This document shows positions 1-6,928 of a stretch of 44,907 bases of DNA, piece by piece. The translations under genes and the position numbers were made by a program. Numbering within the stretch: position 1 is the stretch's first letter; each line of letters starts with the position of its first letter. This DNA is from an uncultured Flavobacteriales bacterium (GTDB taxonomy: Bacteria; Bacteroidota; Bacteroidia; Flavobacteriales_D; Sanyastnellaceae), in assembly GCA_937884175.1 (NCBI GenBank), contig CALGDB010000028.1, positions 1-44,907 of the forward strand. The letters run 5' to 3'. Under the pieces are notes generated by a model, which made no database searches, was not told the origin of the DNA, and worked only from the letters and a program-made list of their open reading frames with translations.

Positions 1-124
1 AGAACAACTGAATTGCAAACGCTCCCAAAACCGTGCGCAATTGGATGGCCTTCCGGTTGTATGAGGCGGCAAAAGCGATGCCCACCAAAACCAACATGCC
101 CACGAGACTCATTATCACTGTCAT
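1..124 (-). CDS. NupC/CNT-family nucleoside permease, N-terminal fragment (gene runs off the left edge)
   Basis: Too short for the ORF track. The reverse complement from ATG at 124 reads MTVIMSLVGMLVLVGIAFAASYNRKAIQLRTVLGAFAIQLF. This is a TM helix followed by the S-x-(N/D)-R-K-x-I-x-x-R...Q pattern I recall from the N-terminus of E. coli NupC-type transporters. It lies on the same strand as cdd and downstream of it. Confidence 0.5.
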   Translation of the reverse strand, partial: MTVIMSLVGMLVLVGIAFAASYNRKAIQLRTVLGAFAIQLF

Positions 125-159
125 GGCAACGAATCTACAATGCTTCAGAAGAATGTCGA

Positions 160-1425
160 CTACTCCGCAGGGATTCTACGCTTCAAAGCGTGACGTCGCT
201 CCAATCGGGGAGCCGTTGACGCCTGCCAGACGAGGCCGCAGCGGATACAGCCAGACGACCAATCTGATCGCTGGTACCATCCGACAGGAAGGGCGTTCGA
301 ACGCCACAGCTGCAATCCGCCAGCGACAAAGGCCCCCACATCTCCTCGGATCGTTCGCTCCAAGCGTCCTTCGCACACAACGTGGTTGTAACGGTAGGTA
401 TCCCAACCCTGCTTGCTGTAAACGGCCTGACCAGCGCTGTGGACAGCATTCCACGTGAACCGGGCTTTGCCGGCCCAAGCGTGGTTTGCCCCTGCAATCC
501 ACGCCCCAAGCAGGGCGCGGTCCTCATCGTAGGTGCCACGCATGGCATCGACGCGGTGCCTCCATGCCATTTCAACGCCACCGCTGAGGCCTCGGTGCTC
601 TGGAACCTCCAGACGTACCTCCCCTTCGGTCTCACTCCACATTCGATACCCTAACTGTTGCATTCCAGCCGCGGAACTCCCTGCTGAACGAAAATCAAGG
701 CCGTGACCTACCGGCCCCTCACTCAAGGCCCAATTGTGAAATTGCTTCTCGCAGTGGTGGAGAACAAACACTAAATCCGCCATGTGATGGGTTCGGCGTT
801 GGCCAATTTTGTTCAAGCGAATGTGGCCCCGAACTTTCGTCAAAATGGGAATGCGGACTTCCCCGCCAACGTGAAATTCACCTCGATCAAAACCGAGGTT
901 GGCTCCGTAATTCCAGCCGTGTTTTTCGACATAAATCCGGCCCGTTCGTCCTTCACTGCTCAATGCCATCCACCACGCGCCGCTCCAATGGCCGGCATCA
1001 AATGCCCGCCATTCCTCCTGGTACCGCATGCTTCGCTCCCATACTGTCCCCTGCGAAACACCGGCTTCAATACCTATTTCCGCATGCTCGGAGAGGGCTC
1101 GGCGAAGGCCCCCGTGTCCATTGATCCGAAATTGATTCGTTACGGGCTGCCCGCTATATACTTCGCGTTTGAGCGAGCCTTTCCAGTGCATGACCGTGCG
1201 CCCAGCGCTTTGATGGCCCCATCCCTTCATTGAAACGGCTGAAGAACACATCAATCCGGATACAGTGGATTGCATCGGATTGCGGGCAACACCCGAACCC
1301 GCATCGAATTGAATCGAATGCAGGGATTGCTGGCTGAAGTTCACTGCAGGAAATGCCACGGCGATAGCCAAGAAAATTCCTGACCACACCATCGTTAAAA
1401 TCGGTTCGAAGTGTGAACACCGCAT
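160..1425 (-). CDS. Secreted protein of unknown family, possibly an outer-membrane beta-barrel
   Basis: Longest ORF in the region (track 160..1449, GTG at 1449; ATG candidates at 1425 and 1392). The N-terminus MRCSHFEPILTMVWSGIFLAIAVAFPAVNFSQQ looks like a signal peptide. The sequence is very rich in W/G/R/H/Y with alternating patterns. I recognise no catalytic motif. The C-terminal tail (..RRHALKRRIPAE) is not a typical barrel terminus. Confidence 0.5.
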   Translation of the reverse strand: MRCSHFEPILTMVWSGIFLAIAVAFPAVNFSQQSLHSIQFDAGSGVARNPMQSTVSGLMCSSAVSMKGWGHQSAGRTVMHWKGSLKREVYSGQPVTNQFRINGHGGLRRALSEHAEIGIEAGVSQGTVWERSMRYQEEWRAFDAGHWSGAWWMALSSEGRTGRIYVEKHGWNYGANLGFDRGEFHVGGEVRIPILTKVRGHIRLNKIGQRRTHHMADLVFVLHHCEKQFHNWALSEGPVGHGLDFRSAGSSAAGMQQLGYRMWSETEGEVRLEVPEHRGLSGGVEMAWRHRVDAMRGTYDEDRALLGAWIAGANHAWAGKARFTWNAVHSAGQAVYSKQGWDTYRYNHVVCEGRLERTIRGDVGAFVAGGLQLWRSNALPVGWYQRSDWSSGCIRCGLVWQASTAPRLERRHALKRRIPAE

Positions 1426-1449
1426 ACTGCGGTATACGTCAATCCGCAC

Positions 1450-1935
1450 TTAAGGGTTGCGGTGAGCAGGCAGCTTAAACGACAAAGGTAAAAACTGCGC
1501 AACGTCCTCTGAAATCAATACATTGGATTGGCCCGCCTGCATCAAAAATCGGATTGGCAAGCCTTGGCGATTCTCCGTCTCCTGCATCACTTGTCGGCAA
1601 CCCCCACACGGCGCGAAATCAAGTACGGACATGGTGCTATCGGTGACAACTGCGGCGGCTACGATGGGGTCATCAGGATGCTGCGCACCCGCAGCAAAAA
1701 AGGCAACGCGCTCGGCGCACAACCCGCTAGGATAGGCCGAATTTTCCTGGTTACTACCCACCACAATGGTTCCTGAAGCCAACCGGACTGCGGAGCCCAC
1801 ATTGAACTTTGAATACGGGGAGTAGGCCGCTTGGCACGCCTTGTGCGCTGACTGGAGCAACTCCCGATCGGAGGTTTCCAGCTCATTTGCCCGCCATTCC
1901 TCGAGATGAAAAGACCGTTCAATGCGTTGAATCAT
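1450..1935 (-). CDS. cdd: Cytidine deaminase
   Basis: 161 aa with the two zinc-ligand motifs of the cytidine/deoxycytidylate deaminase fold: SGLCAERVAFFAA (C-A-E) and PCGGCRQVMQE (P-C-x-x-C). The size is typical of tetrameric Cdd. Confidence 0.9.
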   Translation of the reverse strand: MIQRIERSFHLEEWRANELETSDRELLQSAHKACQAAYSPYSKFNVGSAVRLASGTIVVGSNQENSAYPSGLCAERVAFFAAGAQHPDDPIVAAAVVTDSTMSVLDFAPCGGCRQVMQETENRQGLPIRFLMQAGQSNVLISEDVAQFLPLSFKLPAHRNP

Positions 1936-2156
1936 AGACGCAAGTAAAGAAAATTTGTTTGGTTCGGGATGCGTTTCCTCGGCATCCTACGAACGAAACA
2001 AGACATCGCAACGAATTGCTTGCCACGCTGCTCCGGCATGCACTTGGATGATTTCGGAAGCCACATCCTCCTGATCAATTCTTGGAACTACCTAGAGAAT
2101 TTCGCCGATTGAAATGGATGTGAAATTGTCAGCTGCAAGAAGGCCAATCGAGTGTT

Positions 2157-2588
2157 TCACGCCCCTAAATGCAGGATATCATCGTCGGTAAGGAATCCTT
2201 GAGCGCCCATGAAACGATGCAGGCGCGAATGGTGTCGAACAGTGTCCAGCTGGATCCACTGCCCTTCCGGCGCCGGGTTCAAGGGTTTGTCAAATTGAAC
2301 TTCCCGAATGACTCCGAGGTCAATCAATTCATGCCAAATGATACTGGCGCTTTGTGCCTCGAGGTCCACGCGGCCGCACCGTCTTTGCCAAGCAGCAGCG
2401 GCGGCCTCTATGTCCGAGAAAGGCAGTTGGCTCAGTAATTCTACAATCGGCCCGGAAACACGGGCAAACAAACCGGAAGCCGGAATGCGCAGAATCAGCG
2501 TGTCGTTATCGAATTGAGCAAGGGCGTTGGGGTTCCAGAGGTAAGCCATGGGATCTTTTTCTTGGGTGGTATACGGTAGCAAACGCAT
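2157..2588 (-). CDS. PqqD-like (RRE-type peptide-chaperone fold) small protein, tentative
   Basis: The track ORF 2157..2975 is trimmed to ATG 2588 (alternative ATG 2549) because the upstream part is antisense to the 2641 gene. The core FDNDTLILRIPASGLFARVSGPIVELLSQLPFSDIEAAAAAWQRRCGRVDLEAQSASIIWHELIDLGVI follows the PqqD pattern: a beta-strand, then 'sg..f.l.g....l...l', then a 3-helix bundle ending L..LG(L/V)I. Confidence 0.4.
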   Translation of the reverse strand: MRLLPYTTQEKDPMAYLWNPNALAQFDNDTLILRIPASGLFARVSGPIVELLSQLPFSDIEAAAAAWQRRCGRVDLEAQSASIIWHELIDLGVIREVQFDKPLNPAPEGQWIQLDTVRHHSRLHRFMGAQGFLTDDDILHLGA

Positions 2589-2640
2589 TTTCGTTGCGTT
2601 GAAATAATTACCTTGCTCCAACCAATTGATTGAATAGCAA

Positions 2641-5600
2641 TTGAAACAGCTCACCCCTCTGGTGCACCTTGTGCTGATGGCCTGCTCGCTGAGCGGTATC
2701 GGTCTTGTGCATGCGCAGGTTGACACCGAATTTTGGTTTGTCGCTCCGGAGGTTTGGGCGAACCACGGCGACAGTCCGACGCTCCTGCGCTTCGCTACGT
2801 TCGACCAAGCCGCCATCGTCACCGTAGAACAGCCGGCCAATGGCATATTTCCCACGCAAACCATTTCAGTCGCCGCCAACAGCGTTTCTTCCCTCAATTT
2901 GGCGCCTTGGCTTTCCTTGGTCGAAAACAAGCCTGCAAATACGGTTTTAAGCAAAGGGCTGAAAATCACCTCCACAGCACTAATTCAAGCCTATTACGAG
3001 GTGAATCCATCCAACAACCTCAACCCGGACATCTACGCTCTGAAAGGTACAAACGCACTCGGAAACGCATTTTTTATTCCTTTTCAGAATTATTTAAATA
3101 ACGGGTACCCGCAGTCACCCTCAGGCTTTGATATTGTCGCTACCGAGGACAACACCACCATCGAAATCACACCGCGAAAACCCATAGTCGGACATCCGCA
3201 AAATATTACGTTTACAATCACTTTGGATGCAGGCGAAACATGGAGCGGAAGGGCTACATCCACAGCTGCGAGCCAACACCCTTTCGGGACCGTTGTCAAT
3301 TCGGACAAACCGATTGCCATTACCATCAGTGATGACTCCCTCAACGGAACGCCGTACGGAGGCTGTGCCGACCTCTTCGGCGATCAAATTGTCCCCATAG
3401 ACATTGTCGGAACCGAATACATCGCCATCAAAGGCAACCTCAACGGACCGGATAAAGTGTTTTTTATCCCAACCGAGGCAAATACCACCATCTCAGTCAA
3501 TGGCAACGTTGTCACGACACTAAACAACTTGACCTCTATCTACTCGCACACCCTTTATGCAAACTCAGCCTATTACGAAGCCAGCAGTCCGGTATATGCA
3601 TTGCATTTGACCGGATTCGGATGCGAAGTAGGCGGCGCATTACTTCCTCCCATTGTTTGCACCGGCAGTCAGGAAGTCGCTTTCATCCGTTCCACAAACG
3701 AATTCATTGGATTGAAGATCCTCGTGCCGTCTGGGGGTGAAGACGACTTTGAATTCAATGGAAATCCTGCATTGATCAATGCGAATCAATTCAACAACGT
3801 TCCAGGCACGGATGGCGGGTGGAAATACGCCAACATCACTGCCTCGTCTTTTGTGCCTCAATTGTCCGCCTCCCGTTTGTACAACTCGACCTCCAACTTC
3901 CACCTAGGAATCATCAACGGTGGGGCATCTTCGGGTACGCGCTACGGATACTTCAGTAACTACGCAGCTCAAGCGTACATCGTTCAAGTAGATGACAATA
4001 CGCTATGTGAGGGGGACGCGCTGGAGTTGGAATCCAACCTACTTTATGGAGCCACGTACGATTGGACGGGACCGAATGGTTTCACAGGGCAAGGCAATCC
4101 TTTCTCGTTTGGTGAAGTCGGATTGGGCGATGCAGGGGAATACATTGTCTCTGGCTATGTTGGTGCGTGTCCAATCGAAAATGACACCCTAAACCTATTG
4201 GTCTATCCTTTCCCAGACGCTCCCGAAATCTCAGGGGACTCTGTGGTGTGCGAAGGCGCCCCCTTGGTGCTCTCCACCACCCCGTTGGAAACGGTGCAGT
4301 ACCAGTGGGCCGGACCCGACGGATTTTATCCCAGTGCAGACAGTATTGCCGAGGCGTCCGTCACCCTCGACAACGATGGCATTTACACGCTCGTCATCAA
4401 CGACCACGGGTGCCTTTCTCCGCCGACGTTGTACGACGTGCAAGTCATCCCGCAGCAAGCGCTCAACATTACACCAGACAATTCAATGTGGTGTCAAACT
4501 GAAAACTTCACCTTGGAGGCGCTCCCAATTGACGGGGCATCTTATGCTTGGACCAACCCGGATGGTCAAGCCATAGGAAACCAAGTAGGTGTACAGGTGA
4601 ACAATAGTCAACCTGAGGATTCCGGATGGTACACTGTGCAAGGTGAAGCGGAAGGGTGTCCGCTGCTGCCGGATTCAACATGGGTGGAAATCATTGAAAA
4701 CCCGGTAATTCAATCCGTAGATGCGCCCGCCGTATGCCTAGGGAATGAAGCGACATTCTACGCCAACTACTCCTCCGACGGAACCGCTGCTGTAACGTGG
4801 TTTGATGCCAATGGGGACACCTTGGGGTCCGGAAATCCCTGGGTGATTGAGGAAGCAGATTGGGCGGATGCACAAGTGTATGGCGTGAACGTAAATTTCC
4901 TCGGCTGCGTCGCAGGACCTGAGGCCTTCGAATTCAGCCTCGTCCCCCAGCAAAGCCTCGAAATCTTAGATGCCAACGGCAGCCCGATTGAAACCGACCA
5001 AATCTGCCAAGGCGATGAATGGATGCTAGACGGCAACGGCCCAGATGGCACAGCCTGGTCGTGGAGTGGGCCGGCGAACTTCAATTCCAGCAACCAATCC
5101 GTGACCCTCAACAATACCCAACCAGATGAATCCGGATGGTACGTCGTCAACGGCGCAGTGGGTACGTGCCCCATGCTTCCCGACTCGGTGTATCTAGATG
5201 TATTTCCAACCCCCGCGCCTCCCGTGCTGAGTGGGTTCACAGAAATCTGTGAAGGTTCAGATTGGTCACTGAGTGCAGAGGCGGGGGGCGATGGGACCAT
5301 TCAATGGTTCCATCCGTATTGGGGCACCTTCACCGGGGAGACGTGGCCACTGAATGACGTGCCTTTGGGTGCTGCCGGCACCTATGAAGTCTACGTTCTG
5401 GAGTCGAACTGCCCATCCCCAGTTGTCACCGCAGAACTGGAGATCGCGCCACTCCCTGAGGTAATTGCCGGCAACTTTGGCCCCATCGAAATCGAGCATT
5501 GTCCGGACAACACGCCAGTCTTGGATTTGCCGGAATGGGACCCGTTGTACGCTGTCGCGTGGACCTACACAGACAGCGATGAAAATACGATTGAATTCGG

Positions 5601-6036
5601 AGAAGGCCCCGGGATGGTGGCCTTGTATGACGGCGCATACATCGCGTTTTTGAACACGGGTGCTCCATGCAACTTAACGGCTGAAGGAACGTTCGATGTG
5701 ACGACCGTGTTATGCACCTTGGTGGTCCCCAATATCATTTCGCCCAATCAAGACTCGAAGAACGAACGCTTTGCTTTGCCGGACTTGACGTATTTCCCAT
5801 TAAGCACGTGCCGGATCTTCAACCGGTGGGGTCAAGTGGTTTACGAGTCGCAAGACTTTGGCAATGCCGCCGGTTGGGAACCCACTCCCGATGAGGCAGT
5901 TGAAGGTACCTATTACTACGAGGTCGTCATCAACCGTAACGAAGGCGATTTGAGCATAATAGATGAAAACGGAACCACCACCTTCACTGAATCCGGCCCC
6001 ATTCGGCTTATAGGAAGTCTCACCTTGGTGCGATGA
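2641..6036 (+). CDS. T9SS type-B (gliding-motility C-terminal domain) surface protein: about 450-aa N-terminal module plus 7 Ig-like repeats
   Basis: TTG start at 2641 with signal peptide ..LSGIGLVHAQ. The N-terminal module begins DTEFWFVAPEVW. There are seven modules of about 80 aa with the pattern C-x-G..(Y/W)-x-W-x-G-P-(N/D)-G..D-x-G-x-Y..C. The C-terminus VPNIISPNQDSKNERF..IFNRWGQVVYES..GTYYYEV..GSLTLVR matches the type-B CTD signature (PN.F(S/T)PN.D..N..F...(I/V)(F/Y)(N/D)RWG..(V/I)(F/Y/W)(E/A)S...G(T/V)Y.Y....G..(T/L)L(I/V)R). Confidence 0.85.
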   Translation: MKQLTPLVHLVLMACSLSGIGLVHAQVDTEFWFVAPEVWANHGDSPTLLRFATFDQAAIVTVEQPANGIFPTQTISVAANSVSSLNLAPWLSLVENKPANTVLSKGLKITSTALIQAYYEVNPSNNLNPDIYALKGTNALGNAFFIPFQNYLNNGYPQSPSGFDIVATEDNTTIEITPRKPIVGHPQNITFTITLDAGETWSGRATSTAASQHPFGTVVNSDKPIAITISDDSLNGTPYGGCADLFGDQIVPIDIVGTEYIAIKGNLNGPDKVFFIPTEANTTISVNGNVVTTLNNLTSIYSHTLYANSAYYEASSPVYALHLTGFGCEVGGALLPPIVCTGSQEVAFIRSTNEFIGLKILVPSGGEDDFEFNGNPALINANQFNNVPGTDGGWKYANITASSFVPQLSASRLYNSTSNFHLGIINGGASSGTRYGYFSNYAAQAYIVQVDDNTLCEGDALELESNLLYGATYDWTGPNGFTGQGNPFSFGEVGLGDAGEYIVSGYVGACPIENDTLNLLVYPFPDAPEISGDSVVCEGAPLVLSTTPLETVQYQWAGPDGFYPSADSIAEASVTLDNDGIYTLVINDHGCLSPPTLYDVQVIPQQALNITPDNSMWCQTENFTLEALPIDGASYAWTNPDGQAIGNQVGVQVNNSQPEDSGWYTVQGEAEGCPLLPDSTWVEIIENPVIQSVDAPAVCLGNEATFYANYSSDGTAAVTWFDANGDTLGSGNPWVIEEADWADAQVYGVNVNFLGCVAGPEAFEFSLVPQQSLEILDANGSPIETDQICQGDEWMLDGNGPDGTAWSWSGPANFNSSNQSVTLNNTQPDESGWYVVNGAVGTCPMLPDSVYLDVFPTPAPPVLSGFTEICEGSDWSLSAEAGGDGTIQWFHPYWGTFTGETWPLNDVPLGAAGTYEVYVLESNCPSPVVTAELEIAPLPEVIAGNFGPIEIEHCPDNTPVLDLPEWDPLYAVAWTYTDSDENTIEFGEGPGMVALYDGAYIAFLNTGAPCNLTAEGTFDVTTVLCTLVVPNIISPNQDSKNERFALPDLTYFPLSTCRIFNRWGQVVYESQDFGNAAGWEPTPDEAVEGTYYYEVVINRNEGDLSIIDENGTTTFTESGPIRLIGSLTLVR

Positions 6037-6908
6037 ACGGCTACATCCGATCCATTGGCCTATTGGCCGTCGCGCTCCTCTACATCGGTTTCGACGCATG
6101 TGGTGTGAGCTGGGCAGACTCATTTTTGGAGGCGCTGTTGCTCATCGGGTTGCTGGCCATTGGAATTCCGCACGGAGCGTTGGATGTATGGACGCACCGA
6201 CACCGTTCGCCCGGTAGTCATTCAAGCCTGTATATCATGGGGTACCTCTTGGCCATCGCTTTGATCTTTGGCGCTTGGTGGATTTTTCCGCATGCCGGCC
6301 TTCTCGTTTTCCTACTCCTTAGCGCCTGGCATTTTGGGCAGGCGGATTTTAAACGGTGGGGCATTTCAAAAGGCCACATGGCTTGGGGTACGGTCGCGTT
6401 GGGCATGATCCTGGGCTGGCATGTGGAAGAAGTCAGCCCCATCATCGCCCAGATGGGCATCTCCTCAGGTGCTTGCGAAGCACTCGTGCACGTGCAGGAT
6501 GAACTGCAATTTGGATTCACTGCCGGGTTGATTACTTGTGGAATCGCCGCCTTGCGCATGAAGCACTGGACTTGGGGACTCACCATTGCCCTGATTGGCC
6601 TGACCCCTTCGATTCCCGTTTTGTTGTCGTTCGGATTGTACTTCATCGGCCAGCACAGCGCTTCGGGTTGGCATCACCTTCGGGAAGGATTAGGGCTTTC
6701 TTCGAAATCCTTGTGGATTAAAGCTCTGCCTTTTACGGTGGGTGCCCTCGTACTCATCGGTATCGGAATGTGGGGATTGGGCAATCCAGAAGCCGTGCAG
6801 TCGGATGCAACAGTTGGTGCGTTTTTTATGTTATTGGGTTGCATCAGCATTCCCCATATCTTCGAATCGCATTGGTTTCTTAAGGTAACAACCAAGCGTA
6901 AAAGTTGA
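6033..6908 (+). CDS. blh: Brp/Blh-family beta-carotene 15,15'-dioxygenase-like membrane protein
   Basis: Polytopic 291-aa protein. All four conserved His-containing blocks of Blh are present: GIPHGALD (His codon 6171), SAWHFGQADF (6330), YFIGQHSASGWHH (6654) and ISIPHIFESHWF (6855). The ATG overlaps the upstream stop (ATGA at 6033-6036). Confidence 0.8.
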   Translation: MNGYIRSIGLLAVALLYIGFDACGVSWADSFLEALLLIGLLAIGIPHGALDVWTHRHRSPGSHSSLYIMGYLLAIALIFGAWWIFPHAGLLVFLLLSAWHFGQADFKRWGISKGHMAWGTVALGMILGWHVEEVSPIIAQMGISSGACEALVHVQDELQFGFTAGLITCGIAALRMKHWTWGLTIALIGLTPSIPVLLSFGLYFIGQHSASGWHHLREGLGLSSKSLWIKALPFTVGALVLIGIGMWGLGNPEAVQSDATVGAFFMLLGCISIPHIFESHWFLKVTTKRKS

Positions 6909-6928
6909 CATATACCCAACCAATTGCA

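Noticed and set aside
1967-1987. Hairpin GGATGC-9 nt-GCATCC as a terminator for the PqqD-like gene.
   Set aside because: It has a 6-bp stem and a large loop, lies 170 nt downstream of the stop, and is not followed by a U-tract on the minus strand. It is mentioned only in the small-ORF finding.
2589-2975. The N-terminal 129 codons of track ORF 2157..2975, and the shared peptide TSGATNQNSVS seen in both that ORF and ORF 6880..7128.
   Set aside because: This part is antisense to the signal peptide and DTEFWFVAPEV region of the adhesin genes. The shared peptide is just the reverse-frame shadow of the paralogous motif, not a repeated small gene. The PqqD-like CDS was trimmed to ATG 2588.
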